NCBI GenBank assembly: GCA_943704425.1
Contig: CALSCP010000348.1
Span: forward strand, 1 to 62,821
Length of the DNA stretch: 62,821 nt
Direction of reading: 5' to 3'
Source of the DNA: Ministeria vibrans ATCC 50519
Taxonomy: Eukaryota > Protista > Filasterea
Below are positions 53,608 to 62,821 of the stretch, piece by piece. Position 1 is the stretch's first letter, and each line of letters opens with the position of its first letter. The notes under the pieces are model-generated. The model did not search any database and had not been told where the DNA came from. It saw nothing but the letters and a program-made list of their open reading frames with translations. Position numbers and translations under genes: made by a program.

Positions 53608-56600
53608 TTACATTTTGGTGCGCACGCGACCCTTAAACTTGTCAATCTTCTTGCGTCGCTGCTCGCGTTTCTGCTCGTTCTTGTGCACCTTGAGGCGTGC
53701 GTGCTTGGCTGGATCAGCAACGGCAAGGACGGCGCGCGCCCTGCGACGCTCACCACGTACCCGCCCCACGTACTCACGCACTCGCGAGTACTCCGCCAGA
53801 AACACCTGCGGCTCGCTCTTCTGCTGCAGCACATCCTGCACTTCTTGTGCGAGTGCACGCAGTTTCTCAGTCACCGACTCGTCCTCAAGCGTGCGATGTA
53901 GCGGGCCAAGAAGAATGCCCAGATGTGCTGCAAGGGCCGCAGGGCGCAATGTCATGGCTGCCGCAGCGTACAGTTTGAAGACATGTTCGCGCTTGACCGT
54001 CTCGCGCCCGCCATTCCGCCCCGATTCAGCTCGCGCAATGTACGCTGCTCGCTTCAGCACACTCGACACCGTCGAACGCTTTGCCACCACCGTCTTCTTC
54101 TCGACGTTGTCTTCATCTTCTCCTTCCTCCTCCTCCTCCTCCGCGTCCTCGTCCTCCTCATCACTGACATCATCTTCGTCGTCGGCGGCCCTTTCTTCGT
54201 TGTCCCTCTGGCGTGCATCCAAAAACTGCAGCACAAACACAAGGTTCTTAACCACCTGGGCGGCCAGGGTCGAGTCGAGACCACGCGCATCCAACTGCCA
54301 GTTGAGTCCGTCGACAATCGAGCGCGTGCCCACGTCGCTCGCCAGAGGCCCACAAGCCGTCACGGGGTCCTTACCCGATGCCCATACCGCCCCGAGCACA
54401 CGACTCGCCGCCAGCTTCACCCAACCATGCGAGTGGCGCATGAGTGCCACGACTGTCGCCCAGAACTTACTCTCGTCCAAACCGGCATCGTCGACATTGC
54501 GTGCGGACCAGCGGTCAAAGAGGAGCCAAGCAAGCGAGCGCTTCTTGTTGCTGTTGGTCGTGAGTGCCGATACAGCCGTCACAAGCACCTGCAGACCGTG
54601 GTAGACAACCTCCCAGTGCGCCTCGGCCGTATCCTCGTCCAACCCCACCACAACACGCACCACCTGTCGCACCAAACGACGCAGGTCCACGTCTGTCCGC
54701 TGTGCCACCCCAATGCAGACTACCTGCATCGCCATCCGTCGCAGCGTCCACATCCGCTGTCCTTCGACAGTTCCCCGTTTCATTCCTTTCGTCTTCTTCT
54801 CTCTCGCTCCTCTTCCTTTCTTCGCCTTCTCACTCTCTTCCTCGTCCTCCACTTCCTCCTCGTCGTCCTCCTCCTCCTCCTCCTCCTCCTCGTCGTCGTC
54901 CTCCCCCTCCTCATCTTCATGCTCATCCACCGCCAACCATCCGTCGCCACACATGTCCATAAATGACCAGAAGGTCTCACGGTCGACTGTGAGCTCCATA
55001 CGAGCCAACAAAAGCCCAATCGCAGCACCCGCCATCTGACGACACACCGTAGTCGTGTCGTTAGCGAGACACATGGAGAGCGACAAGAAGAACAGCCGGA
55101 AATGCGGGCGCACCTGCTCAAGGGGAAAGCTTTCGAGAATAAACGCAATGGCCTCGAGGGCACTCTCGCGGCCCGGCTGCTCCTCGTACGACAGGTGGCG
55201 ACACAAGAAGGCAAACTCGCTCTCGCGCTGACGGCTGCTCAGCGCGTAGTTTTTGACGTAGTCCAGAAAGGCCTTGCGACAGTCGCGGCGCACGTCCTTG
55301 TTGCGGCTGCGGATGCTCATGTCACGCACCTGCTCCATCACATCGCTGAGACCGGCACCACGGAAGCGACGCGCAAGCAGCGCCTTCAGCAGCCCGTGAG
55401 CTGTGCTAAACAGATCCGCCTGGCCTAGACCCGCGTGCACATGCACGAGCAGTACCTGCATATGAGCGTCGCGTAAGGGCAACGTGTCGCGTCCACGCAA
55501 CAGGGCACCAAACAGCCGCAGCACCGCTTGTACCAGCTCCGAGCCGTCGTTGCCCGTGCCCGCACGTCCCAGCAGCTTGAACAGACGCGCACATAGTTTG
55601 TGCACGGCCTTGCTGTCGGCAGCTTCGAGCGACGGCAGCGGCGACGCCACCACCACACAGAGACACTTGATGGCCATAAGAACACAGCGCACCTGCTTCG
55701 AGAAGAGCACATTGACCAGAATCAAGACAAAAGGATCGAGGAGTGCAACGGTCGCCTCAGCACTCAGGTGATGAAAGCGATCGCGCTTGAGAGCCGCCTG
55801 CAACAACGACAACCCAAACTCAACCAGAAGATACGCATTGGCGCGAAACTGGTCACCGCTCGAGGGCGCCGCGTACGCACGCATAGAACGCACCACGTAG
55901 GTCGACTCAAGCTGGGCGTTAATGCGGTGTCGCATGCCAGCTGGCGTTGACGCCGTCGCAGCCGACGTCGGGCGCGGCGCGGTCGACGAGGCAAGCGCCG
56001 CTCTCTCTTCCACGGTGCGCACCGCCTGGGACGACTCGGAAGACGCAAGTGGCTGTGCCAGAACGCCCTTGCCGGTGACCAACGAGTGCACGACCACAAG
56101 GAGCGCCTGTTCGCTCAACGACGCATTCTGATTCAGGCCGTACGACACAGACTGCAGACAGGTAGCGACGATACGTGCGTGCTGGAAACCCTGCTCGGCA
56201 CCCATGGCAGCCTTGAGAGGCGCCAGCAGCGCAGGCAGCGTTTCCACGGCAATGTGTCCCGCCAAAAGTTTGCATATCTCGGGTCCGCGACGCACGCGCG
56301 CCTCGTGCGTCTTGCTCACAATCTTGTCGACCGACTTTTCCTCGGCCGCCAGACCAAAGGTGTCGACATACACGACGTCCATAATTTCGGGAACACAATA
56401 GTCAAAGGAGCCGGGCGCATGTTTGCCAACGCACGCCTCCACCAGCGAGTGCAACGTGTAGCTCAGGACGTGTGCGCGATAGCCCCGATCAAGCGACTGG
56501 CGCAGTTCGCGCACAAAGTAGCCGACATGCTCTCCGGCAAGTACCAGCGCCATGCTCACCAGTGTCCGTCGCGCCCCGTCGCGCTCGTCTTGGTCCTTGG

Positions 56601-59600
56601 AGCGTAACACTTGCGCCACGCGAGTGATCACCGGCGGCAGCTGAGCCACCATAGCCTCATCCGGCATGGCCACGAGCAGCTTGGTCATGGCCAGGGCCAT
56701 TTCGGTATAGACAGCGCCTGACTTGAGTTGCTCCTTGGGCGCATCAGCCGCCCCCGTGCTCGACGACGACACAGACTGACTGCGCTTGTTGAATACCTCT
56801 TGCTGCACCAGATGTCGATACAGCTGCGGCAATATCTTGTCCGTGACCTCCTGCAACACGTTGCGTTTGCTTTGTGCCTCCGCCGAGGACGACGACATGC
56901 CATGTGTCGTCAATGGCTCCGTCTTCACATTGTTGTCTTTTATATTTTCGGCATCGTCGTCGTCGTCGTCATCGTCGTCGTCGTCTTCCGCGCCCTCGGC
57001 ATCATCATGTTCATCTTCATCGTTGTCGTCGACGGCGTCTTGGTCCACCTCCATAGCGTTGCGCTGCTGTTCAAACACCGCGGCAAATGGAAAGCCATCG
57101 ATGAGAGCAATGACGGTGCGCAGGAGAACCTTGGCCAGCGAGGCTTTCTTTGACACAAGTCGGAGATAGCGCGTGAGAACAATGCGAAAGCGGCCCCAGG
57201 GCAGCAGCGTTGCCATACTGCCAATGCACTCAATCGCGTCGTGGACGAGATTGTCAGCCTTGGTGCGGCTCTGCTCAAACAACACGTGCTCCACCAGCGG
57301 CAAAAAGTACTGTTGCACCGCAGCAGTGCCCACAAGACCCGCACGACACGCTGCACCCAACTGGCGCATGGCGCGCGCTCGACGACCCGTCTGGATGTGG
57401 CGAATGTTGGTGAAAAAGGCAGCGTCCTCGTGCTGCTCGCTCACGAGTGCCTGCATATCGCGCAACACGGGGTGCTCGGGAAAAAGCACACAGCAACGAC
57501 TGAGCAAAAGCAAGGCACAGCAACGGGCAGCGTCCGACGCAATGCACACACAACGACGAATGGCAGGCAACAAGACACGCAACAGTAGGTCGTCCCACGA
57601 CGAGGGAGTCGCGGTGTAGACGGTGTCACGGCGCGCGCGACAAGCCGCTGTGTGTTCTATGAGACGCACAAGAACCTGCGTCGCGGTGTCGCGCACTGCA
57701 AAGTCTGTTGTGTTTTGCATCATATACACACACGTGTGCATCACCGGTTCCCATGCAAATGACGAGCCCAGTGGTGCCAATGGTTCCATGCCCAGCTCCG
57801 ACACGTGCGCTCCCTCCTCCTTCTCCTTTGTCTCCGTCTTCGTCTTCTTTCCCTTCGTTTTTGTGGGCGTCGCCACCGTCGTCTCCTCCTGCGCTACAAT
57901 GTCCATTGGGGTGTGATCTGCCTCGACGGAGACCAACTCGCCGAGAGCACCGGCAATCTCGTCAAAGTCCAACTCGTCAATGCGGTCGCGACTGAGGGCG
58001 TTAAGACGTGCCACGGTGAGCGCACTCGTCTCAAGTCGTGCGTCGAGACGAGCATACGCCGCAAGCAGCTGCACCGCCTCTGCGCGACACGAGTGGGCGC
58101 GCAGCCACTGGAACTGCATGGCGATAAACTGACGTAGAGTATCGCTGGGCTCGACCAGGGCAACGGCGCCCCTGAAAATACCAAGTACATTGCGAATAGC
58201 ATTGTCGCCCAGACGCATCCGATTGGTCATGGTAAGGTAGGGTGTGAGCAACTCGAGTGCCTGTTGGGCGCGAACCGAATCATGGGCGTACGAGGAGAGG
58301 CGCGACAACAGCGCAAGGCCCCGATGAGAGAACCGCGCCGTAAAGCGCACCCAGCCGGCTGAGCCAGAGCGACTCTTCTGCTGCTGTTGCTGCGGCTGTT
58401 GCGGTTGTTGATCCTTCTTTTGCAGTTGATACTCTTTTTGCTGAACGGTGCCTTCCGTGTACATCATGTCCTGCAAATGGTCAAGGAGTGCGCCAACGGT
58501 CGGCTCAAAGACACGGTCGCGAATGAAAGTACTCGCGGCCGCACCCACACTTGCATTGCCATCGCACAGCACCAACAGAGACTCGGCGATGCCCAGAACC
58601 TTTTCCACGACAGCATCTTGAACGCGTGGTGCTGTCAGCAGTGAGTAGACGAGGGGCAATACGGCGGGCCCTTCATGCTCGGCGATGAGCAGGGGGGCCA
58701 ATTCGCGGTGCTTCGCCCATGTCGCAAAGAGCGACAGCACGCCACTGGCACTGTGCTGTCCCTCGGCGCGAAGACGTGCAAGTCGAGGGGTAATGCATGC
58801 GGCGTAGACAAGTGGTGAGTGGGTTGACCAGCGCGGATCGGCGGCGTAATTTTCGTAGAGCAAGCTGAGCAATTTAAGGGCCTCCAGACGGACCTCGCGC
58901 AGCGGCGTGACGTAGCACGGGTGCACGCGCCGTTGCTGCTCGTCGGTATCGTCGCGCAAAGCCATGTCGAGGAGAGCATGGCTCGTGTGCGACATGCGCA
59001 AGAGCGGAAAGAGAATGCGGTCGAGAAAAGGCAAAGCGCCTTGTCCGAGTTGGCGACACACATCACGCATGGCATGGAGAAAGCCCAGCTGAGTACGCAG
59101 CGGTACAATTGCATTGGGATCGACGGGCGCATCCACGACAGTGGTGGATTTCTCACTGAAATTGGAAGTCTCCTCGAACGGACGCAGCACCAAATCAAAG
59201 AAGGTACCGAGATCGTCGACGCCACGGCTCGCCAGGAAGCGCAGGACACCATTGCGACGGGCTCGGAGGGTGGTGCGACCGCCCTGACCACGACGGGCAA
59301 ACATCTTGCCAATGAGAATGCGAATGATGATGGGCAGAAGACCTTGGCGATGTTCCGGTGCAATGTGCACGACTACGTCGCGTTTGTCCTCACCCAGCGA
59401 GTCCTTTTGCTTGCTCTTTTTCTTGCGCTTCTTGGCGGGCTCCGTGGATGCGGCCGCCCGTTCGTCGGCGAGCACTTGCGCAGCATCACTCGTGGCGGCC
59501 GCCTCGCCATCGTTCACGGCCGAGTCGCTGTTACCCTCGCGCAAACACATAAGGGTATCGCGGAAGGACTCGTCGCCACACAGTCGCTCGAGAGTGGTCA

Positions 59601-62600
59601 CGTAGGGAACGACGTGAGCGTGACGGTAAGCACCGACGCATCGCAAGGCGAGTCGTTGCAGCGTTGCATCGCCGCGCATCAACAAGTCAAAGTAGATGGG
59701 CTGGAGACGCGCCGCGTGCACCACCGATGTGGGATTGGTGAAGTCAGCAAAGAGCTGGAGAAAGCCACTGAGACGACGCATGATGCTCTGACGCACAGTT
59801 TGGACCCGCTCGCGTTGAGCGCGCGCTTCTGCCAGCGACTTGGGGCGCTCCTCTTCGACTGGAGTTGCTGTTGTCGACCCGGCGGTGTCGTCATCATCAT
59901 CGTCCCGCTCCTCTTTGTCCTCGCTGGCATCAGCTTCGACAAGCGCCACGTCGAGGTCGGCGGTGAGACGTGGTAAGAGGCTTTGGTGCTTGCGCGCACC
60001 GTCGTAGGCCAAGGGGTACTCGTCATCGACAATGGCAAGGAACATGGGCACAACGTCGCGATGGTGTCGCTCGACAACCCCACGTGCACCTTGAAGAGTG
60101 TCAAGCAATTGTGTGAACAGATTGAGTACGTTGATACGTTCGCCCACCAGTCCGGCACTTCTCTCCGTGTCAAACGCCCGTTCCACCAGCGCGTCGGACG
60201 AGGCGGCGAAGGCAGATGGCAATGTCGAGGCGCTAGTGGAGGGTACAGTTGAGTCGAGGGAGCGGCGACAAAGGGTGTTGAGGTCGAGAAGAAGGTCGCG
60301 ACAAATGGGCCAGGTAAGGTCGTGGTGGGCGGCCAGCTGGTCGTGCACGATGGTCTGGAGCGGGGGCCACACAAGACGAAAGTTGACGGTGAGAAGACCC
60401 AAAATGTAGCGGGTCAGAGTGCTGTGGTAGGCGCTAGGCAATGAGCCGTCGGCGATGAGACGCGAAGAAGTACGTGCGGCACGTTCGGCCAGGAGAATCT
60501 TTTCACGGAACGAGTCAAAGTCAACGGGCGTCTGTTCACACTCGAGACACATCGCGAGGAGCTCGGTGAAGGCGCTGTCGATGGACGAGGCAAAGCGGTC
60601 AAGGAGAAGGAGCGAGTTGAGACGCATGCGAGCAATGGGAGAGGAGAGATTCGGTGCAAGCAGTGCGTAAACACGCTCGAGGGGCGACTGGTCCGACGTG
60701 GCGACCACCAAGGGTGTGTCGGTGAAGACGGAGATAAAGTCGAGGACAGCGCGCACAACACTTGAGCTGTGGAGTGCATTCTGTTCGAGAGCACACCACA
60801 CAAGGGAGGTTGCATCGCTGGTGAGGGGCGTGGTTCGAGACACGACTGCCAGCGTGCGAATGAGCTGTGCGATCAAGGCCAAGCGTCGATCGTCTTCTCT
60901 GCTGGTGTCCCCGTGCAGTTTTAAAACTGTCGACGTTGCCGCTGACACTGCTGGCGACGATGACGGGACTGGAGTAGAATCGGCACGAGGACGCTTTGAG
61001 GCGGGAGTCTGCGAAACTGCAGCGGTCTCCTGCGAGGAGGAGGAGGAGACAAAGAACTGGAGGAGTCTCACGAGAAAGCCCATGGTGGTGTCTGACGAAA
61101 TGGCAATGCTCTGAAGGCCCACGAGCGCCGCCCAGAGATCTGCAATCGCACAGGAATCGAGAAGGGACGCTGTAGAGGCACTGTTCGCTTGGAGAGCTCC
61201 GGCGGTGTTGTCGAGGTTGTCGCCGTCGTCGAGCGGACGCTTGCGCTGTTCGCGTTTCTTTGCCTTTTTCGAGGGAGTCTTCCCGGGGGTTTCCGCTTTG
61301 GGCAGAAGTGCAGCAACAGTGGCGGTGAGTTGAGAGGCAAGGGTGGGCCACTGAAGAGGACGCACCATGGTGAGGGAGTCGCCATTGAGGTGAGCATTGA
61401 GTTCGCTGGCAAAGAGAGCACACGAAGATGGAGCAAGGGTAGCGTGGCGTTCGCAAAACTCCGTTGCCATCGGCACGAGGAGAGAGGCCGGAAGCGAGAT
61501 GCTCATGAGGGTACGCAAGAGTTGCAAGCCCGATAAGGTGGGAAAAGCTGCAAAGAGGGGCGCGAGCGTGTCGTGCGAAATGCGGTGGACCAGGCCAATG
61601 TGGGAGTGGGCGATGAGGGTGCAGAGCAGCGAAAGGGTGACGCGGTGAGCGGAACCGTACACTCCGGAGGGCGCATCGTGAACGGCTAGTGCCACGTGGG
61701 CAACCGTCGTAAGAAGGCTGTCGTCATCTTCGTCCAAGGTGCGCAAGTGTTTCCCATGGCGGAAGGCACAGAGGACGTCTAGAAGGGCGGCACAACAGAC
61801 AACAGAGTCGTTGGTGGCATCGTCGTGACGGAGACGTCCAAGAAGAACACTCCACAAAAAGGCCGCTTTGTTCGCATGGGCAGTCTCGGCGATGCGCTGA
61901 AACATAGCTGTGACGAGGTTCTTGACGGCACACGCACCGCGCGTGGACGTGGCGGCCGCAGCGGAGTCGGCCAAGGCAGCTGCCTCGGCGGCGCGCATGC
62001 GATGTGAGCGTACAGTGACGCCCGTGCGAGTGGCCGCTTCGATCGCTGCCGACATGGTGATGGAGGCGACGGCCGCATTGTTGCTGCGGTTGTCGTCGTC
62101 GTCGTCGTCGCCAAAGGAGCACGTCATGTTGTCGAGAACCGCCTCGACAACGGAGACGGCACGCGAGTGAAAGTCGCCGCGGACGCCACGGATGAGTTCG
62201 TAGAGAAGGAGTCCAACGCCGTGAGAGAAGTCTGTAGTGTCGGAGCAGCCACGTGCACCGCGCACGTAGACGAGTGCAAGGAGTCCGCGAATGATATGGT
62301 GGAGACGTTGGGGGTCGAGGCGACGCAGCAGCAGGGCGAAGCTCTCGGCGGCAAACTGACGCACGTAGTCGTGGTGAGCACCGTTGGAGGCAAGGAGTTC
62401 GGCAAAGTAGGTGAACACCTGTTCAATTTCGTCCACGAGATACTTGATGAGATACTTGAAGAGGAAAGAGAGCGTCGTGAACACGTTTTCGAGCAATTCG
62501 GGCTGGCGGGGATCGAGAAGAGCGCAGAGGGCGCGGAAGACCGTGCCAAAGTGGCCCTTCATGTCGTCGCAGAGGTCTCGCGCCAGTTGCACAGTGAGAT

Positions 62601-62805
62601 CGAGAAGGGCCGGCAAACACAGGGAGTTGTCGATGGCGAGGTGTTCGCACAGGATTTCAACGAGACGCGTCTGATGCAGCACGATTTGCTCGATGGACTG
62701 ACTGAGGGGATGGACAGCAAGGCAGAACTGGCCAAAATGATGGGTGAGATTGAGTTCGCGCCAGCGCACGAGTGCGTCGCCGAAGAACGTGTCCGCCTCA
62801 GATGG
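53608..62805 (-). CDS. UTP20: SSU processome component UTP20 (DRIM), giant HEAT-repeat protein; 5' end outside window
   Basis: WRELNLT..F, LLDLTVQLARDL, YVRQFAAESFA, FFTNIRHIQ..RRARA, LDRGYRAHVLSYT, LSYE...GRESALE, basic C-terminus; ~9.2-kb exon. Confidence 0.95.
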   Translation of the reverse strand, partial: PSEADTFFGDALVRWRELNLTHHFGQFCLAVHPLSQSIEQIVLHQTRLVEILCEHLAIDNSLCLPALLDLTVQLARDLCDDMKGHFGTVFRALCALLDPRQPELLENVFTTLSFLFKYLIKYLVDEIEQVFTYFAELLASNGAHHDYVRQFAAESFALLLRRLDPQRLHHIIRGLLALVYVRGARGCSDTTDFSHGVGLLLYELIRGVRGDFHSRAVSVVEAVLDNMTCSFGDDDDDDNRSNNAAVASITMSAAIEAATRTGVTVRSHRMRAAEAAALADSAAAATSTRGACAVKNLVTAMFQRIAETAHANKAAFLWSVLLGRLRHDDATNDSVVCCAALLDVLCAFRHGKHLRTLDEDDDSLLTTVAHVALAVHDAPSGVYGSAHRVTLSLLCTLIAHSHIGLVHRISHDTLAPLFAAFPTLSGLQLLRTLMSISLPASLLVPMATEFCERHATLAPSSCALFASELNAHLNGDSLTMVRPLQWPTLASQLTATVAALLPKAETPGKTPSKKAKKREQRKRPLDDGDNLDNTAGALQANSASTASLLDSCAIADLWAALVGLQSIAISSDTTMGFLVRLLQFFVSSSSSQETAAVSQTPASKRPRADSTPVPSSSPAVSAATSTVLKLHGDTSREDDRRLALIAQLIRTLAVVSRTTPLTSDATSLVWCALEQNALHSSSVVRAVLDFISVFTDTPLVVATSDQSPLERVYALLAPNLSSPIARMRLNSLLLLDRFASSIDSAFTELLAMCLECEQTPVDFDSFREKILLAERAARTSSRLIADGSLPSAYHSTLTRYILGLLTVNFRLVWPPLQTIVHDQLAAHHDLTWPICRDLLLDLNTLCRRSLDSTVPSTSASTLPSAFAASSDALVERAFDTERSAGLVGERINVLNLFTQLLDTLQGARGVVERHHRDVVPMFLAIVDDEYPLAYDGARKHQSLLPRLTADLDVALVEADASEDKEERDDDDDDTAGSTTATPVEEERPKSLAEARAQRERVQTVRQSIMRRLSGFLQLFADFTNPTSVVHAARLQPIYFDLLMRGDATLQRLALRCVGAYRHAHVVPYVTTLERLCGDESFRDTLMCLREGNSDSAVNDGEAAATSDAAQVLADERAAASTEPAKKRKKKSKQKDSLGEDKRDVVVHIAPEHRQGLLPIIIRILIGKMFARRGQGGRTTLRARRNGVLRFLASRGVDDLGTFFDLVLRPFEETSNFSEKSTTVVDAPVDPNAIVPLRTQLGFLHAMRDVCRQLGQGALPFLDRILFPLLRMSHTSHALLDMALRDDTDEQQRRVHPCYVTPLREVRLEALKLLSLLYENYAADPRWSTHSPLVYAACITPRLARLRAEGQHSASGVLSLFATWAKHRELAPLLIAEHEGPAVLPLVYSLLTAPRVQDAVVEKVLGIAESLLVLCDGNASVGAAASTFIRDRVFEPTVGALLDHLQDMMYTEGTVQQKEYQLQKKDQQPQQPQQQQQKSRSGSAGWVRFTARFSHRGLALLSRLSSYAHDSVRAQQALELLTPYLTMTNRMRLGDNAIRNVLGIFRGAVALVEPSDTLRQFIAMQFQWLRAHSCRAEAVQLLAAYARLDARLETSALTVARLNALSRDRIDELDFDEIAGALGELVSVEADHTPMDIVAQEETTVATPTKTKGKKTKTETKEKEEGAHVSELGMEPLAPLGSSFAWEPVMHTCVYMMQNTTDFAVRDTATQVLVRLIEHTAACRARRDTVYTATPSSWDDLLLRVLLPAIRRCVCIASDAARCCALLLLSRCCVLFPEHPVLRDMQALVSEQHEDAAFFTNIRHIQTGRRARAMRQLGAACRAGLVGTAAVQQYFLPLVEHVLFEQSRTKADNLVHDAIECIGSMATLLPWGRFRIVLTRYLRLVSKKASLAKVLLRTVIALIDGFPFAAVFEQQRNAMEVDQDAVDDNDEDEHDDAEGAEDDDDDDDDDDDAENIKDNNVKTEPLTTHGMSSSSAEAQSKRNVLQEVTDKILPQLYRHLVQQEVFNKRSQSVSSSSTGAADAPKEQLKSGAVYTEMALAMTKLLVAMPDEAMVAQLPPVITRVAQVLRSKDQDERDGARRTLVSMALVLAGEHVGYFVRELRQSLDRGYRAHVLSYTLHSLVEACVGKHAPGSFDYCVPEIMDVVYVDTFGLAAEEKSVDKIVSKTHEARVRRGPEICKLLAGHIAVETLPALLAPLKAAMGAEQGFQHARIVATCLQSVSYGLNQNASLSEQALLVVVHSLVTGKGVLAQPLASSESSQAVRTVEERAALASSTAPRPTSAATASTPAGMRHRINAQLESTYVVRSMRAYAAPSSGDQFRANAYLLVEFGLSLLQAALKRDRFHHLSAEATVALLDPFVLILVNVLFSKQVRCVLMAIKCLCVVVASPLPSLEAADSKAVHKLCARLFKLLGRAGTGNDGSELVQAVLRLFGALLRGRDTLPLRDAHMQVLLVHVHAGLGQADLFSTAHGLLKALLARRFRGAGLSDVMEQVRDMSIRSRNKDVRRDCRKAFLDYVKNYALSSRQRESEFAFLCRHLSYEEQPGRESALEAIAFILESFPLEQVRPHFRLFFLSLSMCLANDTTTVCRQMAGAAIGLLLARMELTVDRETFWSFMDMCGDGWLAVDEHEDEEGEDDDEEEEEEEEDDEEEVEDEEESEKAKKGRGAREKKTKGMKRGTVEGQRMWTLRRMAMQVVCIGVAQRTDVDLRRLVRQVVRVVVGLDEDTAEAHWEVVYHGLQVLVTAVSALTTNSNKKRSLAWLLFDRWSARNVDDAGLDESKFWATVVALMRHSHGWVKLAASRVLGAVWASGKDPVTACGPLASDVGTRSIVDGLNWQLDARGLDSTLAAQVVKNLVFVLQFLDARQRDNEERAADDEDDVSDEEDEDAEEEEEEGEDEDNVEKKTVVAKRSTVSSVLKRAAYIARAESGRNGGRETVKREHVFKLYAAAAMTLRPAALAAHLGILLGPLHRTLEDESVTEKLRALAQEVQDVLQQKSEPQVFLAEYSRVREYVGRVRGERRRARAVLAVADPAKHARLKVHKNEQKREQRRKKIDKFKGRVRTKM

Positions 62806-62821
62806 CTAGCCGGAAAAAAAA

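Overview
Gene-dense eukaryotic DNA from a draft short-read assembly: GT-AG introns mostly 50-150 nt, microsatellites, four N gaps, standard genetic code. I support about 28 protein-coding genes or fragments, and found no rRNA, tRNA, CRISPR array or transposase. Flagellar genes (CFAP52, DRC8), animal-type genes (Myc-like bHLH-ZIP, CC2D1, B3GALT6, CACUL1, ADAM10/17-like, possible FAM117) and fungal-style metabolism (pentafunctional AROM, stand-alone GAR transformylase) together suggest a flagellated unicellular opisthokont, probably a holozoan (inference). The most striking structure is a ~3.8-kb block inside an intron of the heat-shock factor gene, bounded by two poly(A) tracts. It holds a complete but circularly permuted ADAM-like/EGF/SPRY gene (exons 3-4 precede exons 1-2, splice phases match). 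This is either an integrated or excisable DNA circle or an assembly loop. An apparent misjoin at an (AG)n tract in DKC1 makes the artefact explanation a serious one. Gene calls come from recognising family motifs by eye, not from database searches.
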